Shown here: positions 15,478-25,401 of the stretch, piece by piece
Layout of the letters: each line of letters opens with the position of its first letter
Position numbering within the stretch: position 1 is the first letter of the stretch
Assembly: GCA_048882325.1 (NCBI GenBank)
Contig: JBHLRS010000036.1
Coordinates: forward strand, 1-30,922
Reading direction: 5' to 3'
Origin: Candidatus Thorarchaeota archaeon
GTDB taxonomy: Archaea; Asgardarchaeota; Thorarchaeia; Thorarchaeales; Thorarchaeaceae
DNA length: 30,922 nucleotides
The notes under the pieces: model-generated
What the model was told of the DNA's origin: nothing
The model's input: the letters and a program-made list of their open reading frames with translations, nothing else
Database searches by the model: none
Position numbers and translations under genes: made by a program

Positions 15478-17811
15478 ATGGACCTTGATCGCTGGAACCT
15501 CATTGTACCCTCAACCGCTACGAGGAGACTCCAGTTGGCAGGCGGCCAGCCAATGGAACAGGCAGTCCCAGAGGACTACGTGGTGGCTGGAATGGTTCTT
15601 CGTGCAATTGAGCAACGAGATGGCAGGGAACTTGAGTTCATACTGAAGAGTTATTTGCCAATTGCTATCGTAGATTCTCCCTTCGAAAATCGGAGCTATT
15701 TAGTAGAATTTCTCGGTCTAACTAGTGAAACTATAATACGTCATCAAAGGTTTGACACTGCCGCTCTACTAGAAGAACTGGAGTCCAGTTCTGACACAGA
15801 GACACTCTTGAAGTGTGTAAAGACCGCACGCGAGTTGGTGGCTTCACTCAGAATTACTGACCGCTCAACGCTTATCGGATTGATGAGTGGACTCATAGCT
15901 AGAGGAATTGCACAAGTTCTTGATCGACCCCTGAGGAACCAAATTGAGAATTACGAAGTCATACTCTCTGGCTTGTTGAAACAGAAGGAATTTCAAGAAT
16001 CCATCGAGGCTCTACAGGAAACTGCTGTAACGCTGAGCACTATCGAAGATACTGTCACTCATTTGATTGATCTTACAACTAGTAAAGTTGAGTCAACCGT
16101 AGAGCATACCGAAACTGAATCTGCTCCTGTTCTCTCACGTCTGGAATTACGAATAGAATCCTTGCAGAAACAAATCGAAAGTCTTGAATCCGAATTAGCT
16201 AAGCTCAAAGTGTCTTCTTCCTCCTCAAAACAAGCTCGAATCTCCGAATTAAGCAAGACCCTAACAGCCAGAAAAGCTGCACTTGAGCGTGATGAGGAGA
16301 GGAGAGACCACATTCTCTCAAATATCCGTGGAGCATCGAGAGACCTCCTTGTCGAAAGAGACAACCTAAGTGCTGAATTTCAGGCAGCATCAAAGACGAT
16401 CTACGACCAACTCTCTTCAATTATCGATATGTCTGTGCCTTTAACCACTGAAAGTAGTGGCGACAAGGGTGCACTCGTTCTATTGCCTTTCTTTATCACG
16501 GGATTCTCAAAGAAGGGACAACTTCGGATTGAGATATACCCAATTTCACAACTGATTACCAATGGTGAGAAAGTAAGTCGAAGGCGAGACTTCGTTGATG
16601 GTTTCACAAGTCCTTCGAGAACAATCGATGCATTAGCAGAATTGTTACGTGAGAGAGCAAATAATGATGTGACCTTTAGGAAAATCATCCGTGACGCATC
16701 TGAGCATTCAAACCTTCTTGGAGTGAAAGAGGCAAGAGAACTGATCCTTGATGGGGCTAAATCATTGCTTGGAGATGGTCTAGTGAAGCAACCACTAGTT
16801 CATGAATTGGAAGAAATCCTAAGTGGAATCCCCGAGGTCAAGAAAAAGAAGGGAGTAAGACGTCAAGTAACACCTCTTGTGGTTGATGGTTCACTCTCAC
16901 GTGTGAGGTTTCACATCCAAGATGAAGCGGGACGTCCAGTCGAAGGGGCTGAACTAGAGCTTGGAGCTATTTCTGCAAAGTCTGATTTCAAAGGAACCAT
17001 TGTTGTTTCAATACCTGTGAGTAGCTATGAGGGTGTTGTTAGAGCTCCGGGTTACATTGACAAACCTGTTGAGTTCACCCTTACATCGACAAGTGATGCT
17101 GCAATCCCAATCATGCTCAATTCTCTGTCCCACGAGGAACAGATTGCTGCGAAATTGGATGTATTAGTTGATAGATCGCGTAGACTAGACAAGATCCGTG
17201 AACGACTCTGGGAGGCTTTTGAAACTCAAGGGAGTACACTGCTTGGAATACCAGCATATCGAACAGCTCTTGTTGAGCTACTGTCAGAGCTTGGTTATGA
17301 GCCCGAATCATGGATCGCTGAGGCTAAGAAGAAATCGGGAATGGTGAAGCGGCTACTCAAGAGAGATGACCGTACTGATGGTCTACGGCGCGACATTTTG
17401 AGGATGGCTGAAGACTCGAAGAAGTTTGGTGGAATCATGTTGTTCTCTGAACTTCTTGTTCGTTTAGATGACTCAGGTTGGGGGACCCACGCAGATGAGA
17501 TTGAGGACATCATTGAGGCCATGACGAAGGAGGGTCTCATACAGGGTCTTTCCACTATAGAAGGTGGGGCACTTCTCGTGGAATTTGTCCCTGTAGCACT
17601 TACCAATGACCCGCAGGAAATTCTAAGTCTGGCCGCAACAGAGGATGGACGTCTAAGTATAGAAGACGCTGTCGTAGGGTTGGGTTGGACTGAAGAGCGA
17701 GTTAGAAATGCTCTTGAGCTATTGGTGAAGAATGGTGTTGCAAAGGAACAGAGAAGCTACTCCAAAAGCACCCAATATTGGTTCCCGGGTTTGAGAGGGG
17801 GAAAGAATTAA
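15478..17811 (+). CDS. Coiled-coil / beta-sandwich protein with C-terminal ESCRT-II Vps22/36 (EAP30) domain
   Basis: C-terminal GGIMLFSELL...DEIEDIIEAM...VEFVPVALTND...ILSLA...G.LS.......LGWTEERVRNALELLVKNG......YWFPGL follows Snf8/Vps22. Long heptad region LELRIESLQKQIESLESEL. VRFHIQDEAGRPVEGAELEL...G resembles a carboxypeptidase-regulatory/transthyretin-like domain. Confidence 0.85.
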   Translation: MDLDRWNLIVPSTATRRLQLAGGQPMEQAVPEDYVVAGMVLRAIEQRDGRELEFILKSYLPIAIVDSPFENRSYLVEFLGLTSETIIRHQRFDTAALLEELESSSDTETLLKCVKTARELVASLRITDRSTLIGLMSGLIARGIAQVLDRPLRNQIENYEVILSGLLKQKEFQESIEALQETAVTLSTIEDTVTHLIDLTTSKVESTVEHTETESAPVLSRLELRIESLQKQIESLESELAKLKVSSSSSKQARISELSKTLTARKAALERDEERRDHILSNIRGASRDLLVERDNLSAEFQAASKTIYDQLSSIIDMSVPLTTESSGDKGALVLLPFFITGFSKKGQLRIEIYPISQLITNGEKVSRRRDFVDGFTSPSRTIDALAELLRERANNDVTFRKIIRDASEHSNLLGVKEARELILDGAKSLLGDGLVKQPLVHELEEILSGIPEVKKKKGVRRQVTPLVVDGSLSRVRFHIQDEAGRPVEGAELELGAISAKSDFKGTIVVSIPVSSYEGVVRAPGYIDKPVEFTLTSTSDAAIPIMLNSLSHEEQIAAKLDVLVDRSRRLDKIRERLWEAFETQGSTLLGIPAYRTALVELLSELGYEPESWIAEAKKKSGMVKRLLKRDDRTDGLRRDILRMAEDSKKFGGIMLFSELLVRLDDSGWGTHADEIEDIIEAMTKEGLIQGLSTIEGGALLVEFVPVALTNDPQEILSLAATEDGRLSIEDAVVGLGWTEERVRNALELLVKNGVAKEQRSYSKSTQYWFPGLRGGKN

Positions 17812-17854
17812 GTCATGTAATCCATCTAATGTGGCAATCAACGAGGTTCGAAGA

Positions 17855-18628
17855 ATGAATCGTTTGTCGCATATGATGTTCGGCTTCTCACTCTTTGTTG
17901 GACTATATTCATTGCTTTACGCATTCAGTATATGGTACACAGGAGGAGGCGCGATACTTGAATTCGTGGAATATTACTTCATCGGTGGAATCATTGCGAG
18001 TGTGGTATGCGTGCCAATTCTGTACTACAAAGCACCTCATAAAGAGATGAAAGCGCGAACTTCAAGCAATAGAAGTGCTGCTGGAGCATTGTTCTTTGTT
18101 ACATTTTGCTTAGGCTCTCTTGTTGGTACTATTGTCTATCAGTGGTACACTGGAGTCACGGTCATTGGCAACATCTCCATCTTTGTTGGAGCACTCTTGG
18201 TTGTTGCAGGTGCGTTAATGCCCGATTGGGATATTCCTTTCCTCGGAATTTCCAGACACCGAAACATCATCTTCCATTCAGTTGTTCTCCCGCTATTAGC
18301 GGTACTTCTGACTATGATCAATGTATCAATTAGGACTGGAAACCCATTTCTTGAGGCTGGGGCAGAAGCAGAATACTATCTTACAGCACTTGTCCTTCTT
18401 GGATATGCTTCTCACCTATACCTTGACATCTTCCCAAGTGATGCCAATCCTCTAGAAATTTTATGGATTGCCGCTGATCCGTTTCACAAAGCGCCAACTG
18501 GTCTAAAACCTCTGGGCCCTATCAAAATAAGTCCGAAAAACGCTCGAAACTTTCTTGTCACCAATGCAACTATTCTAGTAATTGTTGCAATATTCCTGTT
18601 TGCAGGTTATTTTGGAAATCTATTATGA
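17855..18628 (+). CDS. Membrane-bound metal-dependent hydrolase (YdjM-like)
   Basis: MNRLSH, GALMPDWD, HRNIIFHS, GYASHLYLD motifs; multiple TM helices. Confidence 0.85.
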   Translation: MNRLSHMMFGFSLFVGLYSLLYAFSIWYTGGGAILEFVEYYFIGGIIASVVCVPILYYKAPHKEMKARTSSNRSAAGALFFVTFCLGSLVGTIVYQWYTGVTVIGNISIFVGALLVVAGALMPDWDIPFLGISRHRNIIFHSVVLPLLAVLLTMINVSIRTGNPFLEAGAEAEYYLTALVLLGYASHLYLDIFPSDANPLEILWIAADPFHKAPTGLKPLGPIKISPKNARNFLVTNATILVIVAIFLFAGYFGNLL

Positions 18629-18661
18629 AAAATCAGGTGACAAGACCATTGGATGACATGT

Positions 18662-18973
18662 CTACCAGTCATCATCATCATCATCGAATCCAAAGTCATC
18701 CTCGTCATCATCTTCGGATTCTCTTTCCGGTGGTAGGTCGCTGAAATCATCATCCTCGTCGTCATCCTCAAACAAGAATGTTTCAGGATCTACATCATCG
18801 AACTCATCTTGGTCTTCCTCATCGCGCTTCATTGGCTTCTCCCTCTTTGCTTTAGGAAGAGACATGCAAACATTGTCAATGGGGTCGAACCATTCACATT
18901 CTGGACAGCACTCGCCTTTCGTAGTGCAAGTTATGAATGCTCCACATTTCTTGCAACACTTCAGTTCAGACAC
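18662..18973 (-). CDS. Small Cys-rich protein with Asp-rich acidic tail
   Basis: CCKKCGAFITC...ECCPEC...C followed by about 50 aa that are D/E-rich and end DDDDDDW. Confidence 0.75.
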   Translation of the reverse strand: MSELKCCKKCGAFITCTTKGECCPECEWFDPIDNVCMSLPKAKREKPMKRDEEDQDEFDDVDPETFLFEDDDEDDDFSDLPPERESEDDDEDDFGFDDDDDDW

Positions 18974-19116
18974 GATGAATGCACCTAGGTGCTGTTTCTA
19001 CTATACGATTCGTCAAATTTCCCAAATAAACTTCTCCGTGCTGCCCTATACTGTGTTTGACCTCAAAGAATACACTTTTTCCAGTCAAAGTTATATGACA
19101 GTCTAAGACGGACCTA

Positions 19117-20868
19117 TTGGAGCTGTTTCGATTGGATGATTTGGAGCTGGAAATCCGTAAGATTGTACTCGATAACGCGGTCAAGTACGAAGGAAAACCA
19201 ACTGTAAAATCAGTAATGAGTGCTCTTCTTGGATCGAGGGCTGACCTTCGTTCTCGAGCAGGTGATGTCAAGATAATTACACAGAAACTTGTTGCTGAAA
19301 TCTCCAAAATGCCGTTGGAGGACCAAATCGCAGAGTTGAAACAGATTGCTCCAGAACTTCTTGAGACTCCCGAAGTTGTTGAACCAACAGAGGAGAAAGA
19401 GCCGCCTGAATTACCTAATGTGGATAACTGGTCAAAGGTTGTAATGAGACTCGCCCCATTCCCATCAGGTCCGCTTCATGTTGGGAATGCAAGGATGGTC
19501 ATTCTCAACGATTACTATGTCAAACGATATGATGGTGAACTCATCCTCGTTTTTGACGACACTATTGGTTCAGCAGAGAAGATTGTTGAGCCTGAGGCTT
19601 TTGACCTGATTCCAGAGGGTTTAGAGTATCTTGATGTCAAATGGCATAAGACAGTATACAAGTCAGATAGACTAGATCTATTCTACAAGTACGCAGTTGA
19701 TTTGATAAAACGCAATGAAGCGTATGTGTGCAACTGCGATGCGAATGTCTGGCGTACTGAACACAAGGTCAAGGGAATCCCTTGCGCATGTCGTCATCTG
19801 AGTGTAGAGGATAACCTCTCTCGGTGGGAGAAGATGCTTGATGGCACATATCCTGAAAGGTCAGCAGCTGTTCGAATTAAGACTGGAATGAACGATCCTG
19901 ATCCTGCTATGCGTGATCATGTGATTCTTCGAATCTCAGAAACTGAGCACCCTCGAGTTGGAACCAAGTATCGAGTCTGGCCGCTATTGGAGTATTCTTG
20001 GGGTATTGACGACCATGAGCTAGGCATTTCCCACATTGTCCGTGGAAAGGATCTTGTAAAGGAAGGCAAGATTGAGCAACACATCTGGACAATCTATGGT
20101 TGGCAACAACCAGAGCTACTATATTATGGTCGGCTAAAGTTTGAGGATGCCACACTGAGCAAGAGCAAATCAAGCAAGGAGGTTCGAGATGGAACCTATA
20201 CAGGTTGGGATGATCCCCGAACTTGGAGTCTCCAGTCTCTCGACAGAAGAGGAATCGATCCTCAAGCACTAAGAAAAGTGATGCTAGACCTAGGTCTTAG
20301 CATTGTTGACATCTCAATCTCCATGAAGTCTGTATATTCAGAGAATCGTAAGCTTAGAGATGCTGAAACTCCTCGTGCGTTCTTTGTCCGAGACCCCGTC
20401 TGGATCGAAGCAGATGGAATTCCAGCCGACCTCACGGTCGCTAAAGTACCGGTACATCCAGACTTTCCTGACCAAGGGATTCGAGAGATACCTCTTGGTG
20501 TTAGTGATGGGAAAGCTGTAGTTGGAATATCTAAACATGATTTCAAGAAGATGAAGAAGGGGCGTCTTTTCCGTCTGAAGGACTTGGCTAACTTCACGCT
20601 TGAGAAGACGAAACCAGTGGTTGTCACATTGCATAGTGTTAAAGTTGATGAGGTGCGGAATGTTGGAGGTCCTATCATCCACTGGATTCCAAAGGAAGGT
20701 AGTGTGCCAGTAGACCTCACACTAATCGATGGCACTATAGCAGAAGGTTTTGCTGAACCCGAGATAAGGAATTTCTCATCTGGCACCTTTGTCCAGTTCG
20801 AGCGTGTTGGTTTTGTAGAGATAAATGAAGTTAGCGACACGATACAAGCTGCTTTTGCCCATAAGTGA
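19117..20868 (+). CDS. gltX: Glutamate--tRNA ligase (archaeal type)
   Basis: RLAPFPSGPLHVGN (HIGH), FDDT, CxC..CxC Zn motif, ISHIVRGKD, LSKSK, WDDPR, QFERVGF. Confidence 0.97.
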   Translation: MELFRLDDLELEIRKIVLDNAVKYEGKPTVKSVMSALLGSRADLRSRAGDVKIITQKLVAEISKMPLEDQIAELKQIAPELLETPEVVEPTEEKEPPELPNVDNWSKVVMRLAPFPSGPLHVGNARMVILNDYYVKRYDGELILVFDDTIGSAEKIVEPEAFDLIPEGLEYLDVKWHKTVYKSDRLDLFYKYAVDLIKRNEAYVCNCDANVWRTEHKVKGIPCACRHLSVEDNLSRWEKMLDGTYPERSAAVRIKTGMNDPDPAMRDHVILRISETEHPRVGTKYRVWPLLEYSWGIDDHELGISHIVRGKDLVKEGKIEQHIWTIYGWQQPELLYYGRLKFEDATLSKSKSSKEVRDGTYTGWDDPRTWSLQSLDRRGIDPQALRKVMLDLGLSIVDISISMKSVYSENRKLRDAETPRAFFVRDPVWIEADGIPADLTVAKVPVHPDFPDQGIREIPLGVSDGKAVVGISKHDFKKMKKGRLFRLKDLANFTLEKTKPVVVTLHSVKVDEVRNVGGPIIHWIPKEGSVPVDLTLIDGTIAEGFAEPEIRNFSSGTFVQFERVGFVEINEVSDTIQAAFAHK

Positions 20869-20932
20869 GTGAAATATCAGCGGCCAAAGAGGCCTTATAC
20901 GTTACAGTGTTCAGTTAGAATAGTGGTTCGTC

Positions 20933-21676
20933 ATGGCGAAGAAAAAATCGAAAAAGCCATCGCTTTCGCCCTCAATGTTCAAATTGACGGGTACCGATGC
21001 AAAGATGAAAGTTGTTAGCAAAAAGAAGAAGCTTTACTACTTTGGAACAAAGATAACACCTGAGAAGGCAAAGAAGCTAGCTGAATCAAAAGGGACCGAC
21101 TTCCTTGATTTCTCTGCTAGTGAAACGAAAGTTGGTAAACCTTCTCTCAAGTATGACTTCTATTGTATATACGAGGCTCTGCTCAATGTAAAATTCCTTC
21201 GCGTCAGACCTCATGAGATTGGCGTGACTGAGCAGGTGAAAGGAGTACTTGTTGGGAAAGAAGCTTACACTCCAAAGAAGAAAGGTAGTTTCCACTCATT
21301 TGAGGTCGATATGGTTGAACTCTTTGAAATTAAGGGAACAGATGGTATGATTCTTGATGGAAAGACTGGAGGTCCCGCAAATGCATACGAGCCCTTGTTG
21401 AAGGGATCGGGAAAGAAGTCTGCTAGTTCAGCTTGGATCAAGAAAAGCAAGATCTCATCTGGGAAATTTAACAGCATTGAGAAGGTCATCAAGGTTGTTA
21501 CAAAGATGGCTGGGAAGAAACCTTCTGGTTCAAAACGCGTAGTATCACACTCATTGGAGTTCAAGAAACTAGATGGATTTTACGTCCCTGTCTATTATGT
21601 CAAGATGCTAGCTGGAAATAACGAAGCCACACTCAAGATAAATGCAGTTAATGGAAGTCTTTCAAAAGCAGTTTAG
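20933..21676 (+). CDS. Lys-rich hypothetical protein
   Basis: 247-aa very basic ORF; apparent internal duplication (…ILDGKTG / …INAVNG; LKYDFY / FYVPVY). Confidence 0.8.
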   Translation: MAKKKSKKPSLSPSMFKLTGTDAKMKVVSKKKKLYYFGTKITPEKAKKLAESKGTDFLDFSASETKVGKPSLKYDFYCIYEALLNVKFLRVRPHEIGVTEQVKGVLVGKEAYTPKKKGSFHSFEVDMVELFEIKGTDGMILDGKTGGPANAYEPLLKGSGKKSASSAWIKKSKISSGKFNSIEKVIKVVTKMAGKKPSGSKRVVSHSLEFKKLDGFYVPVYYVKMLAGNNEATLKINAVNGSLSKAV

Positions 21677-21682
21677 AGCATC

Positions 21683-23269
21683 TCACTCAGTCTTCTGTGG
21701 AGGAGGTCCATATCCTCCTCCTCCAGGAGTTTCGATCCGAACTTTGGTTCCCTTTGGTGCCACGATTGTGGTTTTAGCTTCTAATGGAAATGCCTTGTCT
21801 TCATAGGTCAATGTGTTTCGCCCACTTTTTCCAGGTTCACCTCCATTGAGACCCCATGGTTGAGAATGCCTTCGTTCAGACTGAATCGAAATGGTTGATA
21901 TGTCAGCGAGCATCTCTATCTCTCTGATAATGCCATCTCCACCCTTCCAACGACCCTTTCCTCCAGAGTTTCTTCTAATGGAATATCTGTGAATCCTGAG
22001 TGGATATTCAGTTTCTAGAGATTCAACAGGTGTATTCAATGTGTTCGTCATGTGTGTGTGAATTCCACTAACACCCGGATTTCCTTTCGATGCTCCTGAA
22101 CCTCCACCAATGGTTTCGTAAAATGAGAATGAATTTCCAGAGCGATAATCAATACCTCCTATTGTGAGGTTGTTCATCGTTCCTTGACTCGCAGCTGGAA
22201 CGAGATCGGGGAATACATTAGCTAGTGCTCCCAGCGTGACATCCACAATTCTCTGAGAGGTTTCAACATTCCCTGCAGACACTGCTGCTGGATATTTAGG
22301 ATTTAACAGAGACCCTTCAGGGACTCTAACATCAATTACTCTCCAACAGCCTTCATTCACTGGTATACCTTTACCAAGTAGTGTGATGAAGACATAGTAG
22401 ACCGACGATAGTGTCGATGCAAGTGGACAATTGACATTCCCAATGACCTGCTCTGAGGTTCCTTCGAAGTCAACTACTGCTCCTGTTTTTGTTATCTCCA
22501 AACTGATTGAGATAGGAATTTCCCATTGACCTGCTCCATCACTATCAAGATAATCAGTGAAGCTTGTTTTTGCACCAGCATTTTGGATGAGGTTTTTCCT
22601 CATCATCATTGCAGAATAGTCACGTAGCTCATTGAAGGTCCTCTTCAGAGTTGGCCAACCATATTTCCTCTGAACTTCTTCGAGTCTTCTCATTCCGACA
22701 TGATTTGCTGCAACTTGCGCTGACAGGTCTCCCAATCGTTCGTCTGGTGTTAGTGTACTTGAGAGAACATCTGTGATTGAATCTTCATGGAGCGCACTGT
22801 TTCTAACAACTATTCTAGGTTTGATCGTTATACCTTCTTCATGAATAGTTGTCGATAATCCTGGCATCGAACCAGGACTAATACCACCAATGTCTGCATG
22901 ATGCGCTCGGTTAGCTGTGAATGCTACCCTCTCTCCTTCAAAAAAGATAGGTGACACCATGGTCAAATCTGGAAGGTGTGATCCTCCTGAATACGGGTCA
23001 TTCACAAGTGCCATCGATCCTGCAACCAGTTTGCTTCCTAGACCCTCAATACATGATTTCACAGACAAAGGCATTGCACCAAGATGAACAGGAATGTCCT
23101 TAGATTGTGCAACCAGTCTTCCCTCTGCATCAAACAGTGCACAACTACAGTCTCGTCTTTCTTTAATGTTCGGACTAAATGCTGTTCTTCGTAGTGCCTG
23201 ACTCATTTCTCTTGCACTGGATATGAGAGCGTTCTTAATGACTTCAAATCTGATTGGATCTTCAATCAT
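21683..23269 (-). CDS. Hydantoinase B / 5-oxoprolinase subunit
   Basis: EM...LRRTAFSPNIKERRDCSCA, IPVHLG, NDPYSGGSHLPD, HHADIGG, TPGGGGYG. ATG 23269 overlaps the upstream stop (TAATG). Confidence 0.95.
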   Translation of the reverse strand: MIEDPIRFEVIKNALISSAREMSQALRRTAFSPNIKERRDCSCALFDAEGRLVAQSKDIPVHLGAMPLSVKSCIEGLGSKLVAGSMALVNDPYSGGSHLPDLTMVSPIFFEGERVAFTANRAHHADIGGISPGSMPGLSTTIHEEGITIKPRIVVRNSALHEDSITDVLSSTLTPDERLGDLSAQVAANHVGMRRLEEVQRKYGWPTLKRTFNELRDYSAMMMRKNLIQNAGAKTSFTDYLDSDGAGQWEIPISISLEITKTGAVVDFEGTSEQVIGNVNCPLASTLSSVYYVFITLLGKGIPVNEGCWRVIDVRVPEGSLLNPKYPAAVSAGNVETSQRIVDVTLGALANVFPDLVPAASQGTMNNLTIGGIDYRSGNSFSFYETIGGGSGASKGNPGVSGIHTHMTNTLNTPVESLETEYPLRIHRYSIRRNSGGKGRWKGGDGIIREIEMLADISTISIQSERRHSQPWGLNGGEPGKSGRNTLTYEDKAFPLEAKTTIVAPKGTKVRIETPGGGGYGPPPQKTE

Positions 23270-25305
23270 TACATTTCCCTCCTTATCCAAAGCACTCCGT
23301 CCATCTCCTGAATCGACTTCCATCCCGGACTCACGTATATCGTGGTATCCATCTGCTCAATGACTGCTGGTCCATAGACCGTCTGTCCTCTTGCGAGGTC
23401 CCAACGATAATATACATCTGCAGTAGTTCTCGTTCCGTCACCCAAGAGGACCTGTCTTTCGCTGATTGGTTCAGCCAACGTTTCAACTGAATGAACAAGA
23501 GGTGTGAATTGACTAGAGCCCGACTCAGCAACCACTCTGGCAGTGACCCACTCCACCTGCCTACCACTCATCGCATATCCGAATGCTTCTTGATGATTCA
23601 ATTCGAAATCCTGAACTGACTTCTCAACAATCTTCTTTTTTCTGTCAGGGAGATTGATGGTCAGTTCATGTGATTGTCCAACATATCTCATGTCGATTTT
23701 CCATTTCGTTCTTATTGTCTTCTTGTTCACTCCTTGCTGAACAAGTTGTTCTGATGCCTCCTCTGTTAGTTCTGACAAAGTTGCTAGAAGACTGGCCCTG
23801 TTCTCACTAACCGCTGAACTGAGGACCGTTCTCATCAAATCCACACGAAGGTCTGTACACACTAGACCAAGAGCCGATGTGATTCCAGGATGCGGAGGAA
23901 TTAGAATCTCTCCTATTTCAAGTGCTTCTGCGATATCACTAGCTTGTGTTGGTCCTGCCCCACCAAAAGGAACTAAAATGAAACTTCTAGGGTCGAATCC
24001 TCTCTCTATTGTGACCTCCCGAATTGCCTGAACCATATTAGCAGTTGAGATCCTGATAATTCCCAATGCTGTTTCATCCATGGAGAGTCCTAGTTCCGAA
24101 GACAGTTTGACTACCGCATCTTTGGCTCGATCCAAGTCTAAACGTACTTTCCCGCCCAAGAAGTAGTCCTGATTCAGACGACCAAGGACAAGATTGGCAT
24201 CTGTAACAGTGGCATCTCTACCACCATTTGGATACGAGGCAGGTCCAGGTGACGCACCCGCACTCTGTGGACCAACATGAAGAACTCCAGCTTTGTCAAT
24301 CCATGCAATACTGCCTCCACCTGCACCAATGGTCTTAACATCTACAGATGGCATTCTGAGCGGTAATCCCCCCACTTCATTGTCGGATCGCACAACAACG
24401 TCTCCGATTATGGCGCTAATATCGCAACTGGTTCCTCCCATATCCAAGGTGATTGCCTTAGATACGCCTTGGTGTTTAGCAACCTCCCAACCCCCTATCG
24501 CACCCCCAGCAAGACCAGAAATTGCTAGACCAATGGTTTTACCTTGAGTTCTCGATGCGAGCATAGTCCCCCCGTTTGATTGCATAATAGTCAGTTTACT
24601 GTTGGGACATAGAGTAGTGAATGACGAGTCCAGACGTTTCAGATATCCCGCAACTAAGGGTCCCAAGTATGCCTCAAGTACTGTAGTTGATGTTCGTTCG
24701 AACTCTCTAAATTCAGGTAATACATCGAATGACGCAACGCTGTAGAAGTTTAGATATGATTCGAGGGCTTGGAGAAGTCGTTTCTCATGCAGTTCATTTC
24801 GGAAAGAAAAGAGCAGGGAAATAGCAACTGAATCTGGCTTTCGGTTGATTACTTCTGATGTCAAACGTTCAATGGTATTGTCCTCGAGTTCAATGATAAC
24901 ATTCCCATCTGAATCTAGACGCTCTTTAACTCCTATCCTATTCTCTCTCATAACTAGAGGTTCAGCTCTACTTGCATCTAGACTGTAGATATCATCTCGA
25001 TTCTGCCTACCAATCTCTAGAACATCCTCGAGACCTTCAGTTGTGAGGAGAACGACTTTCGCACCTTTCCTCTCTAACATTGCATTAGTGGCTACAGTGG
25101 TTCCATGGACAACAAGACCAATTTCTCTACGATCAATGTTGTGCATACTAAGAATATCATTCACACCAGTAGAAACCGCTTCATCCTGAGCCCACGGAGT
25201 TGACTGCACTTTGTGTACATACTGCTCCCCAGATTCTGTATCAACAAGAATCACATCAGTGAAAGTACCACCTACATCAACTCCGATAATTCTCATCTTA
25301 AACAT
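23269..25305 (-). CDS. Hydantoinase A / 5-oxoprolinase ATP-binding subunit
   Basis: GVDVGGTFTD, HGTTVATNA, EFERTSTT, DMGGTSCD, IGAGGGSIA, FGGAGP, RYVGQSHEL. Confidence 0.95.
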   Translation of the reverse strand: MFKMRIIGVDVGGTFTDVILVDTESGEQYVHKVQSTPWAQDEAVSTGVNDILSMHNIDRREIGLVVHGTTVATNAMLERKGAKVVLLTTEGLEDVLEIGRQNRDDIYSLDASRAEPLVMRENRIGVKERLDSDGNVIIELEDNTIERLTSEVINRKPDSVAISLLFSFRNELHEKRLLQALESYLNFYSVASFDVLPEFREFERTSTTVLEAYLGPLVAGYLKRLDSSFTTLCPNSKLTIMQSNGGTMLASRTQGKTIGLAISGLAGGAIGGWEVAKHQGVSKAITLDMGGTSCDISAIIGDVVVRSDNEVGGLPLRMPSVDVKTIGAGGGSIAWIDKAGVLHVGPQSAGASPGPASYPNGGRDATVTDANLVLGRLNQDYFLGGKVRLDLDRAKDAVVKLSSELGLSMDETALGIIRISTANMVQAIREVTIERGFDPRSFILVPFGGAGPTQASDIAEALEIGEILIPPHPGITSALGLVCTDLRVDLMRTVLSSAVSENRASLLATLSELTEEASEQLVQQGVNKKTIRTKWKIDMRYVGQSHELTINLPDRKKKIVEKSVQDFELNHQEAFGYAMSGRQVEWVTARVVAESGSSQFTPLVHSVETLAEPISERQVLLGDGTRTTADVYYRWDLARGQTVYGPAVIEQMDTTIYVSPGWKSIQEMDGVLWIRREM

Positions 25306-25401
25306 TAGTTGGCATATCGACCTAAAATATGAACGCTTGGGATGGTTGTATTCTCCTGAATCCTTATATCGAAAGGATTACCCAAACAGGTGGTCACACC
25401 A

